64,000 nucleotides of DNA from Perna viridis (Eukaryota), in the NCBI GenBank assembly GCA_037379345.1, contig CM074512.1:16988001-17052000 (forward strand). Direction: 5' to 3'. Under the pieces are notes generated by a model, which was given only the letters and a program-made list of their open reading frames with translations, was not told the origin of the DNA and did no database searches. The position numbers were made by a program, and so were the translations under genes. Shown here one piece after another: positions 1-12,738 of this stretch (the first letter of the stretch is position 1; every line of letters begins with the position of its first letter).

Positions 1-232
1 TTGTTTTCTAATTATCATTGGATACTGTGTCAATTAAATATTGAAACTATTCAGTTAAAGGGGTGGGTGTGTTATAATAGTGGATACGATAAAAGCAAAT
101 CAATAGTTGATTCCTGTAAACTGAACATTTGTCCCTAACAAGAATCAAAAATACATCAAAGTTGAGGCAACTAGAGACTGAGAAAACTATGAGATGTTAT
201 ACAGAATACACCTATTGGAGATAAATGCCTAC

Positions 233-430
233 CTAGCGCAACTTCACTCAATAGGTCTCGTAACAGCTCCTGCTTTCCAGCTACTTCCACAGCAGACACC
301 CTCACAGAAAACCTGGCACCAGTTTTGTCTTTTTGTTCATTAATCAAACGAAAAAGCCATGAAATAGCACTTGGTACTATTCCTAAGGTTTGTGCTGATT
401 GGTCTTTTCCCACCATAGTGTAGGATTTAC
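233..430 (-). CDS. KIF26: KIF26-like kinesin, coding exon H (P-loop end and following motor elements); gene continues beyond position 1
   Basis: Acceptor tttcag|GT and donor G|gtaggc; 198 nt, phase 1/1. Translates [10 protein letters not shown]...[35 protein letters not shown]...LRDLLSEVA. Confidence 0.96.
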
Positions 431-3400
431 CTGAAACATTCAAAACAGAGGATGTGCTGAGACTAAAGGACCAGGAAATACTTGAACCTCTTGAGTTTGG
501 AGAGGGAATATCATGTTATAGTGTGATATTGGTATGAGATCTATGCTAATCTTTCTGGTAAAATAACTGATAGGAAGATAATCTAATCCAGTGGTGATAA
601 AATGGACAAGGAATTATGAAACTAAATATATATATTTGTCAAAAGATTATTTGGAACTGCAATGTATTTCATACTTTTCAGGGTCAAATGTTTTATCAAA
701 TGACAATTTAAGTGCATTTTTAAATATGCTAGTTCATTGAAGCAAGAGTCTTCAATGGTCACATCAAATGGACATTTCAACCCATACATATCATTTATAT
801 CCAAAGCCATCAGAAATTGTCTATCTCCCAAATTATGCTTTGGGAGGAAATATACACGTGTTAAGTACCAGTACTCCAAGTGTTACTAGAGATAGAACAT
901 GCAACTTTCTTTATTCACAGAGACATGAAATTTAATGTCTAAATATAGATATATATTTTTCTATGACAAATAATGCTCCTAATTGGAATAACTCTGAACA
1001 CCACTGGTGATATCTCTACATTAATACTGACTAAAAATACCCATCTAACCATTACCACACACCATGAAATATCAAACTGATTTTATACCTCCTACCAAAA
1101 GAAACTGTTCTGATTTCTGACCAGTAACACCAACCAAAACAATCTGATGTGACAGATGGCAGACCATTACCACCAAACCTCCAACCAACATAATCCATCA
1201 AGTAACAAAAGATTCTGACCATTACTGTCCACCAAAAAACCTATTTGATTTCAAAGTCTGATGACCATTATAAAATGGACTAAAAGCTTGGTTGAATGAT
1301 TAAACAAATGAAATTCTAAAATGTAATTAAAAAAGTCAACAAATTGATTTTTCAATATGTTAAAATCTGACGGTTAACAACCCTCCACTTAATTAATGTT
1401 TGACTTCATAATTAGAACAGTTTTATCAGCTAGAGAGGAAGAGACCCTTGGCTTTGATTTGATTACAGTAAGATATGGACATAAACTGGAGTCACTACAT
1501 TCATATTTACTGTCTATATAAGCATTTAATTTGTCATTTAAAAAACAGGATGTTTGACAGGTTTCTGAAGAATCGAAATAAACATCTTTTTGATTCTCAC
1601 GCCATCCTTCACATATTGACAGAACTGTGGCTCCAGAAAGTACGCTTTCAACTGTAATAAAGACTTCTGAAGAATCGAATTATACCAGACTGAGCAGACT
1701 ACTTCTATCTTTAATCTTTTTCCTAGAATTGGTCATATATGAATTCCATACATGATATAATTTTCTGTTCTTGCCTCTATATTTTCAAAGTTATCACAAA
1801 GATAAGAATTTACACATTGTGTTTAGTGTTAAGATAAACCTGAATTAAAAATCCCATCAAATAAAAAGTATAAAATGGTTTCCATAGCATTGAATTGTTA
1901 CATATTCCTAATGCCTTGCATCACTATAACAACAGTTTATTTGAAAAAGATCAACTTTCATCTATGAGTGGAATCTTGAAGGAAGCTGTATGTAAGACAA
2001 GAACAGATGATCCCACTTTCTTATAAAAGTCAAGTTATCTTTGATAAACCAACCTCAAAGACAACAAACGATCACTTCAAAAACAGCTTTTGAAAAAAAA
2101 AAAATAACAACATAGTCTCTGTAATCAAAATTTAAATAAAATTTACAATTTGTTTTAAGTCATAACTGGTGTCTTTTAGAACAGGTGCCTTGTGTATTTA
2201 TTGGTATATCAAAAACATTCTTGTTTGTATAAGTAAAACACACTTAAAAGGATTGTGTTGGGCTAACTTTTATTTCTTCCTGCATTATAGATACTTCAAT
2301 AGTTCTGAAGGGTTCTTATAAAACAAAACAAACAGACCAACCCAGGATAAGGTAAACTAATGTGATAGTAAGCTGTTGTAAGTATCTACTTATACCACCT
2401 AATTAATGACAGTAATGTAGGTACACAACATGGAAGGAAATGGCGGACTCCTTCCTTCAGTAAGTCATTCATTAAACAATGATAAGGAAGTTTTTATGTA
2501 CCGGGCAGATAGGAATGCCAGTACATGTGCATGGTCATAGAAGTACCAGTACATGTACATGGTCATAGGAGTGGCAGTTTCTCCTAGTTGGTGCCTTGAT
2601 AAATCTTTTAGCAATTTTCAGAATTATTTTATGCCATCCACTTCTTGTCATGCATTTTACCCAACAAACTGTTTCTTCACATAACATTAATAACACAATT
2701 ATATTAATAGTTTTAAAAATCCTTGTGCTACTTTTTGAATTAAGAACATTTAAAAAATCACATTTCCAAAGAACAAGCAAATGTAATTGTTGAAACATTT
2801 GGAGCTACATGTATCTAACACAACTTTATATCCACTGTTGACATAGCTAAAACCCTACGAAGACTAACAATAGAACTGAAGGCTACTCTTTATATTATGT
2901 TTAAACAGTGGAGTGAAAATGAATTTAGATAATCTACAGGGACTTGTTAGATATTTGTACTCAATCGATGGACTCAAGTGACCTGTCCCTTATTATACTA
3001 ATGCTTTACTTTAATGCTATAGATTAATTTTATTGCCAAGTTGACTATTGTGGCTTAAATTAATTATTCCCACCAGGAACAACTCAAATAAAGAGGATAA
3101 TTCAATCATTTTCTCCTTTTGATGACAAAGACTGTTTTAAAGCCAGAAATGTTCCTTCATAAAAACACCAGGCTCTTAAGCATGTTCAATTAGATTTAAA
3201 AACAATGTAGTACTGTTGCATCAATATGCATCGTTTGTATTTGGTATTTAACCAATCAAATCTAATTGTTATAACCATATTTCATTTATTTGATACAAAA
3301 GCGTATTGCTGGGTTAGCTGATAATCAAATTTTGACACATTGGAAGCAAGATTGGAAAAATGACTCATTCCAAAAGTCTATAGCCATACAAGGATGTCCG

Positions 3401-5525
3401 TCAGAAATCTACCGTCTCATGTACCGATTAAATCTTCCCTTCATCTGTTGATCTCTTCCGTCCAGTACAATGAAACTAATTTACACCAATCATCAAATTA
3501 TAATGAAAATTGTTCCTAATCAGAATCATTACTTCAAGTGGTATGGAGATGCTATGGAGATGCACAAAACCGTTCAAATTGGTCTAAATCAACTAAACAA
3601 AACCATTGTAATGGCCATTCAATAATTAATTAAATTGCTTTCACAAAAAATTTGCTTAATTTAAGATCTTGACACTTAATGGGTAGAAATAATTGTATAT
3701 GTAAACAAAAGAAGTAAAGAACTAATTCATTCAATTGAAGTTATTGCTGTGACCTGAGCAAGGCATGACTTCTGGCCAAGTAAACTACTTCTCTATAAAC
3801 AAAAACCAAAACACTGCAGACACATAAACCTAACAGCTATTTTACAATGCCAGCTTCACATTAATGAAGCTAGAAAATTTAGAGAATAGGAAAAGTTATT
3901 ACTACACACTACAGGAATAAGTATGGTTAATAGTTTTGATTTTGACTCTCCCTATGGAATGAAGCCTGGGTCTGACCTAATCAGTGGGAATCAAGGCAAG
4001 TTTCCAATGTTAATTGTTTTCTGGGTAGAAGGAAATCACATTCCTATATACTTAGGATCTTTATAAATCTATTTCAGTATACAATGTGAATAATTTTCAT
4101 TATGATGAAAATTAAATAACAATTCTAGACTGTGAAGAAGACAATATTTTCATTTTTTTACATTCTGTTTAATGATTTTGAGAAAATTTCTATCTAGATC
4201 AGTATAGCATAGATTGATTTTAAGAACCATGTAACGATACATAAATCCCAAACAATCAATATAAACTTAAATTCAAAGTTCATTGCTCCAAGATGTTTGA
4301 AGTGCACATACTTAGTAAGTAAAAGTGAGTGTGATTGAAATTCTGCCTCTCCTCAAAGAGAATCAAATGAAATAAATATCTGTAAAACTAATCAGGAATA
4401 CTCCAGATGCATTTAAGCATGTTATTTAAGGCAGAGCAGTTAATGGTACATTTAGAAAATATGGTTTCTGCTGAGATGTCTGGAAATTTCTGGCAGGGAA
4501 GGACAAAAAAATCTTATTCTTAATAGAAACGACATCTTCTATTCAGGATAAGCAAAGATGGGGTAGCTAGTTACAGTGAGAATACAGAAACTTGATAGAT
4601 TTGTAAAATGACATCAACAAAACCAGACCTAAAGCAAGATTAGTTACTATCATGTATGAAAAAAAAAAAGAAAAAAGAGAAAAGTTATTCACAATAAAAT
4701 TTTGAGGAGCTAACATCAAATTCAACTCTACAGGCATAATAATAATAAAATATTCCATGGACACCCCAACAGCCAAAACCTGCCAACAGTTGGGGCAAGA
4801 ATTGACACTATATTCAAGCTTTTGAATTTCTAATTGTAATTTTAATTTGTGACACAGTATAGACTTCTATCACAGATTGAATGAAGTGGTCATAAAATTT
4901 TAATTGGAAATTGGAAAAGATATGGTTAAATTCACCATATCAAAGAGCTTACAGAATGTATTTTTGTTGAAATCAAAGATTTTTTAAATTTCCATCATTC
5001 AATTTTCTTTCAAGAACTCCAAAACAAAACACAAAATAGATAAAAAAGCCTAAAACATGCACAACTTTTGATTTGTCATATCAAGGAATCAGAAAAATTC
5101 TAAACTTTAACTTACCCCATTGATACTAATTAAGAAAAAGCAATTTATACAAAGTTTTAGTCCTCTTAGCTCCTTGTTAAAAAACCCCAAAACAGAAATC
5201 CAAAACTTCCTTTTGGTAGCATGAAAATTTATAAAGGTTCTCAAAGTAATACCTAAGTTACTGCACAAAACAAAAACCAGAAAGTCCTTATGGATGACAA
5301 CAGTGTCCTACCATTATACAGCCACTAAATTTTCAGTTATATTAAAACGTAGAGCATTGCAAATTCATGTACATGTATCCTCAAAAATGGCATATATGAA
5401 AGCTGGTACCCAGTGTTCTATGAGTTCTTTAAGTATAGTTTAGCATAGTGATATAAATTTCAGTCAAAGTTGACATCAGCATGGTGTTATAAATTTCAGT
5501 CAAAGTTGACATGAAAACAACATAC

Positions 5526-5619
5526 CTATTTTAGAGTGACCATAGGTAAAGAGGCAACCATCAGCACCACTGACAACACCTTGTATAATCTCTGTCAAAC
5601 TGCTGGAACATAATTCTGT
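5526..5619 (-). CDS. KIF26: KIF26-like kinesin, coding exon G (up to P-loop)
   Basis: Acceptor tttcag|ACA and donor G|gtatgt; 94 nt, phase 0/1. Translates TELCSSSLTEIIQGVVSGADGCLFTYGHSKI(G). Confidence 0.95.
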
Positions 5620-5765
5620 CTGAAATATGAAAAATATTCTCTGTTTATTATTTATGACCTGTTGATATTTGTAGTGTACCAAACATCTTGGTTTTCATAG
5701 TACATGTAGTAAGAAATCTAATAGTTGCCAAGAATTCAAGTTCATTGACAATTACTTCATTCAAA

Positions 5766-6257
5766 TCACAACTCATACGTTACGCCAGAGCTTGCTGAAA
5801 CTACGCTGACTTTTTGTATTGCGCTAGAACTCTAACAAATAGGCTTCTGGAACAGGGTTATGTCGCTACAAGATTGAAGTCATCACTACAGAAGTTTTAT
5901 GGTCGTCATCATGAACTCGTGGATCGTTATGGTGTATCCATCAGCACCATGAAAACTGATTTATTCAACAGGTCATAGTTTTCCTTTCCTCGTTTGTGTA
6001 CCCCAGACTTGACTTTTTATGAGCAACTCGGCGGGTGTTTCTGGAAAAGCAGAGGACGCTTACCCTACCGGTGCACCTGGTCCATGCTCCCAGTTTATAG
6101 TGGAGTCCGAGTTGCTCATTTACTTTTGTTACTTTGTATGTATGATTTTAGTTACTTTATGTTCTTTGTTGTGTATGTCTGTTTTCCATGTCTGGTCTTT
6201 GTCCCTGGATTACATTCTTTTGATTACCGCTATAACCTTGGTTCCCTTGATTACTCT
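5766..6257 (+). mobile_element. 5'-truncated Penelope-like (probably Naiad-type) retroelement: RT C-terminus plus 3' UTR
   Basis: Frame 5766-5978 reads SQLIRYARAC*NYADFLYCARTLTNRLLEQGYVATRLKSSLQKFYGRHHELVDRYGVSISTMKTDLFNRS*, a typical PLE RT C-terminal (thumb) region with the ORF ending right after RT. CpG-rich relative to the flanks. The 3' part is repeated at 39282-39446. Confidence 0.8.
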
Positions 6258-6393
6258 TTGATAAATGTTGGTTGGTGGCCAGGATTTAAATTCGGAGTTT
6301 TTTAATGTCCAGCCATAAAAAACTCGTATTTTCTAAGAAATCATCTTTAATCATAGGACTAAAAATCATGAAAACCAACAAACTCACGCTTAC

Positions 6394-6591
6394 CTGTGAG
6401 TCATCAGGTGAAAAAACTGCATCGAAGGCAAACATTTTAGGTGCTGAAGTTCTTCTGTGGGAGGAGGTAGGAATTCCACTAGCTGTTGGATCAAAAACTG
6501 TAATCTGTTTTCTACGGGGATCGATGGACAGAAAAGATGTTCCTTGATCACTGTGATGGGTAGACGGACATATCTTCAGCATGACCTTTAC
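6394..6591 (-). CDS. KIF26: KIF26-like kinesin, coding exon F (start of motor domain)
   Basis: Acceptor gtaag|GTA (AAG-type) and donor CAG|gtaagc; 198 nt, phase 0/0. Translates VKVMLKICP...FLSIDPRRKQITVFDP...APKMFAFDAVFSPDDSQ. Confidence 0.95.
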
Positions 6592-9500
6592 CTTACATTA
6601 AGAAACAAGGTTATTGTTAATTATAAGAATACTTCTGGTCATTAATGATAGAATTATAGAAATATGGTCCATGGAAAAATGACAGTATAAGAAAGGCAGC
6701 AAATGTATAAATACCAGTGTTCAAAGAAAAAACAGACTCAGGTCCAAAATCATGTGAACACAAAATACCTTTTCCAATTTAAAAATATACCGCTTAGGGT
6801 GCATTTCTTGTCATTCTGATCATGTTCATGAACATTGATCATTATGATCTTGAAAGCCATTCACTTCTCATCATGAATTTGCAATAAACCATGAACAATA
6901 ATCTTTTTAATTCAAACATGGCTGTCAATCTTTTATTATAAAACTACTGGATGAAAAAAGTTAAAAAATATGCCCTAAAAACATTTATTTGACATTGTTA
7001 TACTGTTATATGGCTCTCCTAACAATGGTCTATTCTATAACAATGAAAATAAAGGATCTACCAGTACATTGATCAGGAATCCACAAATAACATTGTTAGT
7101 TTCTGATGAAGACAATTAATGTTTTTGAAAAGGTAAGATTATTTTTTACCAACATGTTGCATATAATGTCCAAAATGATATATAGTGGTTGGCATATTTT
7201 CTTATTGTGATCATGATAAAAACAGATCAAGTTCAGGATCCAACTACCATATACAAAAAAAAAACCACCCTCAGTAGACTGTTTTTCCATAAGGTAACAC
7301 TACTCAAAACCATAGACTACTCTTTAAACAATTACCAAGATCATAGATTGTAAACATATCAACTAAATGAACATATCATAAAATTATTTATAAAACAACA
7401 AAAAGCAAGAGGCTATCACTGACTGTATTACCAATAATCAATCAGTTCATAAAAAGTTGCATATCCTTAAATTTCAAAGACTGCATCTAAATGAACATCA
7501 TTTCCCCATACCAGAAATTATAGTCACAAATGAAAACTGATAAAATATTGATAGATGGAATGTTCAACAGAACTACACAGCTGAATATAGAGTAATTAGA
7601 GGACAATTATATTTAACAGTCTCCCGGGTATAATTGTATTAATGAGTAAATATGCTGCCTGAAAATATCCTCCAGTACTTGTAAGTTGAAGACATAGAGT
7701 TTTCTATCATCCCATGAGAGCAATATCCTGGCTCCATCTTTTGTTAGCTTTTTATGATACTTGTCTTACCAACTCAATTTTTCCTGTGTTATCTGATTTT
7801 TATGTATGTTCTGGGACAAAAATTTGCATTACAATAGAGAAAATTAATACCAAAACATGAATTTGGCAGATATTGTCTTATTTTTTTTATCTAAAAATGA
7901 TACACAAATGATAAAACTAGTTGTAAAATAATGTACTTCAGGATTCAATAAAGTTTGGGTCATCGTAAGAAAATAGGGCTTAGACATTAAGTAAGGTATT
8001 AAGACCTCTCTTAAATATTAAAACCCAAACAAAATGCAGATATACTTCCAAAGAGGTGTGAAACACAAGGTTTTTTGTACAGATTGGAAATAGGATGACT
8101 TAAAATCATTAATGTTGAATTGTCCACTGTCTACAATTTAAATAATTCCAAACAAATTAGAAACACTTATTAAATAAAAGTCCCATTGACAGATGGATGT
8201 AGATTAAGGTGCATGGTATTTCACAAATCACAAAAAAACTTATAGCCACTTTATATGATGTGTATATAATATTGAACTTACAAAATGATGATGTAGAGAA
8301 AATTGACAGATACTGCAAATATGATAAGGATAAGAAAGGCCTGCTCATAATGTACTTAGTAGTGTTCCTCTTTTAACAATGAGTTCATAAAACATTGTGA
8401 TTTTGAAAATTATGTAATATACATAAGAGTATATGGAAGCAGAGATACAGTATGGCATTAGAAGATTACTATAGTTCAACAATCAAAGCAATAATATATT
8501 ATTTTACAGTCATATTTACAATAATTCTTGGTATGGTACCAGTAATGTAATAATTTCAAAATGTATACAACAAAAAACTATTGTCAGTATGAAAGGTTAC
8601 CTATTATTATATATTAGAAGAACTTCTCAAATAAATGCAAAATTTTCATCAAATACTTAGATGCTGTACTGAAATCCATCAATGCAAAACTCTGTGAACA
8701 AACAAAACTGATATGCAAGGAAAAGTTCCTTCACAGCAAAATCTTTGAATTTTAGAAACCATTTCTTGAATTAAAAAAAACATTAAGATTAAGTTCTACT
8801 TTCTAAAAGCTGTAAATAACATAAGTAAAGTACACATTAAATTCTAAATTCATAGTAATTAAAATATGGAATTCCCTGATAAAAAAAAATGCAATGAAAT
8901 ATTAGAAAGTAAATAGTTTTCATGTGCTATATTTGAAAGAAACATTAAAATGATTCAATAACATTAAAACTAACAGCCTACAATCTAGCATTATGTCCTT
9001 AGTGGGATCCTTTACACAAAACTTTGCCAAAGCAGTGACTCTGATAATATAATGCTAATAAAATAGATTTGATATCTTAATTAACTGGTTTGTTTATAGC
9101 ATTAGTTTTGTATCAAATGACACCAAAACACATTAAATTGATATCATCTGTATTTTAACAATAAACAACAATGCAGTAATGGAAAATTGAAAAAAATGAA
9201 AATGAAACAATCATCAATTTTTATGGAGGCCATGTGACCTGGAGAAACCAAGGAAAAAGGTGAAAAGTATGGATGATTCACAGAGAGTTAGTAGCTATTA
9301 GAAATATATAAAGGAAGGTTTCTAGATACCTTAAGCTTCAAGTAAGAAAATGTGTCAATTAAAATACTTATGCATATGCATCATTTTCTTGCTATCAAAT
9401 ATACTGACAGTATTTTCAAATAAAAGTCAGATTAAAAGACTACAAGGTATCTTCATGTCTTTTGATGATTACTAACATCACCAATAATCAATTTAAAACT

Positions 9501-11523
9501 AACATCTTAGATTTTATCAATTGTGAAAAAAAATCTTTGTCAAGTGTTTTGACTCTACACTCAAGCTAATGAAGTAGACTTAAAAAGTCCATGAAATGTT
9601 TATTCTAAAGACCTAATCTGTAACATTCTCCATGAGTATCATTATAGATCTTAGATCAAATCAACAGACTTGGATGCTTTAGTTAAAGAAGTATGGCCAG
9701 ACACCTATGGATGCTCAATAACATCTATAGCCAATCCATAGATAACGACTTCTGATAATGTTAAATCTATAAATATAAAAATATTTCTGCATCCATAAAT
9801 ACAAATAAAGCTAACTTAATCCTGGAAGGAAAAAAATTAATCATAGATATCTTTATGACTTCAGACACCAAAGATCTAGCATTTTATCTAGCCATCATAC
9901 ACAGCAAGGGCTAAATTAATTCATTTCCACAATAACCCATGTACATAGCCATTTGGTCAGATTCATCCAAGCTTTTCTTCATGCATATTACAGTCTGTAA
10001 CACTAGTTTTATGGCTTGTATTAAGTATGAGATGTTTGGACTTCGTGGTTATTATGTCTCTGTATAAATAAGAGATTTTTACAGTCTACCATTATAGCCT
10101 TTCATGAGACAGTTCTATATTGAAGAGATCCTCATATGAAGTGTAAAAAATGTTTTATCCCAACAGACATAATCACACAAGACCAGAATTATCTTCTTTT
10201 TTTTCAAATGTTGATCATGTATCATTAGGTACTCATTACAGCTTTACAATCCCCCTCTTCAGTCTTGGTTGTAACATCTTGAAGAAAAGTGTTGTACTAA
10301 AACTTGTCCCTTTGGTTTTAAGCAATGACATTAACCCTCAAAATGCCCCTAAATCAGACATAAACCCAAAAAACAATGTAGAAGGTAATGAAAAATAAAA
10401 CTATAATAATGGGTATTCTTTTCAACAAAAAGTAAAGAACAATTTCAATGATACGCATGAATGAAACTTCAATAACCACTGATGGAATCATCACTATGTT
10501 GTTTTAGGAGGAGATACCATTGACCCATTTTACTGTTAATTGTCCTATATCTCAATGTTCAATCTTACATTTTTTCTCAACTTCAAATAAAAATGTTAGA
10601 AATCAGACAGACAAGCAATCATAGAGTCTCTGTTGACATTAGCCTATAGCCTTATTTTACAAATTCTCAGTTTTGAGGTGGAGAAGTTAACAAGCAACAG
10701 AGTTGTTGGTCTCCAGATAGCCTGACTATAACAGGCAGATCAAGGCAGGAGATATCTTATCAGGGGACATAATTATATTAGCATCTTTAATAAAAATGTA
10801 ATAAATATTAGAAATCTGTAGCATCTATTTTGAAAGGCTGATCATTAAAGGGGAACAAATTGATTCATCAATATCTTTGGAGACTGGAAGCTTCTTCTGA
10901 GTTAACTTTACATCTATAGTTTATGTTTATTGTCCAGAATCTAACTGGTGAGACCAATGGTTGAATGGCTCCTGTCAAACAAGGAATGTTTTAACTATAA
11001 ATATTTAGTTAAATCTTTTTGTATTGACCACTTCATGAAAACTAAACGAAAAATGAGCAGCATTCTAAAACATTTAAGATAAAATTACAATAGTATGAAT
11101 GTAATTGCATGGTATTTTACAACAATCGCCGGAGTGTTTCTGGACCTTAGGATAAACTGGTACCAGACATAAGTCTGACAGAGAAGTAGATATATATTCC
11201 CTCTGTGACAAGAAGGTAATTGGGGAGACAAAATGAAAAATAGATCATTAATGCAAGGATAACCACAGACGTAACTTGTCCCAGAGAAGTAATCACTGGA
11301 CATTTCATAGGAAATATAGACATTGTTCTACTAACTTAATACACTTACCATAAACTTTATGTATTGTAACAAAACCAACTATTCAAATATGAAGCATGCC
11401 AGTAAATTCAACTTATGTTCACCAGACAAGAGAAGCATACCACCAGTAAAATTTTGTCGCAGTCAAAAACAGAATGAGGTGTGGTGTAAAATGTTTTTGC
11501 CTTCAAGACAAAATGATTCTCAC

Positions 11524-11689
11524 CTTTCCACATCCTGGATTCTGGTTACGTCCGACAGTTCTTAGTAGACAGGGAGGGGCAGGAGGAGGATTGGTTCTCA
11601 CGACCTCATAGAACTTTGTCGGAAAGGAAGGAGCATCTGGCTGGCTCGTTTGGTGACGTCTTTTCTTCTTTCCCAGCTTCTGAGCAGCT
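11524..11689 (-). CDS. KIF26: KIF26-like kinesin, coding exon E (pre-motor segment; correct frame not in ORF track)
   Basis: Acceptor atttacag|A and donor AAG|gtgaga; 166 nt, phase 2/0. Translates (R)AAQKLGKKKRRHQTSQPDAPSFPTKFYEVVRTNPPPAPPCLLRTVGRNQNPGCGK, matching KIF26 RAAQKL...PPPAPPCLLR...GK. Confidence 0.95.
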
Positions 11690-12594
11690 CTGTAAATAAG
11701 AACAGAATGAAAATGCCATTAAATTGTGTGAAGTTAATTCTGCTGATAATGTTTCCATGTAATGCTAAAATCTGTGCTGAAATCATTACCTCACATCAAA
11801 CTATTACTGAAATTAATCAGCTAACAGCTCTGTGATGTAATTATTATACACATACCAATTTGTTAATATACTCCATATGTTTTGTAAATATTTATACCAA
11901 ACATTAAAAATATATACATACAGCGGAGTTAAAACGATAGTAAAATAACAAGAATTTGATGCCAAAATCTTCTCACAATTTCTACTAGTTTGTAATTAGT
12001 AGCATTTACTACAATATAGCTATCTGAACACCCTAACATCCTCTTAAGTACAGGAAGTTATTTTTTCAGGTAAAAAATAAGAAAAATAAAATATCCTTAA
12101 ATGACTTGCAGCTAATAAAAATGAGGACCATCATATGAATTATATACATTGGACAATTACATGTACCTTTCAGTAAGAGAGTAGCCTTTGTCAATAGCCC
12201 TTTTACCATTATGACAGAATATAAACAAATAAACTTGGTCCTTGTGACTACTGTTGCTTACATAACACCTAAGATAATCCTTCTGACATATAATTTATCA
12301 GCTGGATGACTTTCCAATGCAATATTGATGAGAATGTTACTATCTAAATGGTCTTGGCTTTTAAACATTAATGAGAAGCTTGCTAACTGATTACTTAAAT
12401 GAAGTAACATTGTCCTTATTCACATTAAGCATTGCCATTAAATTTCACTGGTAAGATAAAATTTAGCTGCTACTGCTGACAAATATTGAGTTAAAGCATT
12501 CCTACTGGAGGTTTATGCCATCAGTAAATATTTTCTATTGAGGTTCTGGATTGATTATCTACCTATTTTCTTGTAGTTAATCTACAAAATTTGC

Positions 12595-12738
12595 CAGAGG
12601 TCACATTACACTAGTTAAGTCCTTAGAGAAAGAAGAGTAGCACAGAGGTTACATTACACTAGCTAAGTCCTTAGAGAAAGAAGAGTAGCACAGAGGTCAC
12701 GTTACACTAGCCAAATCCTTAGAGAAAGAAGAGTAGCA
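12595..12738. repeat. Minisatellite, 48-bp unit x3
   Basis: Unit cagaggtcacattacactagttaagtccttagagaaagaagagtagca. Confidence 0.95.

Noticed and set aside
1030-1270. Recurrent gaccattac-like motifs (also actcagtga recurrences at ~45110-45450)
   Set aside because: Too degenerate to define a unit; probably decayed minisatellites.
5948-5985. ATGA-initiated hairpin (gaaaact/agttttc) as a SECIS element
   Set aside because: No GA on the 3' side to form the non-Watson-Crick quartet, and it overlaps the ORF end.
5994-6305. Overlapping 103-aa and 80-aa ORFs, and their counterparts at 39208-39566
   Set aside because: They are translations of the retroelement 3' UTR, shared only because the repeat is duplicated.
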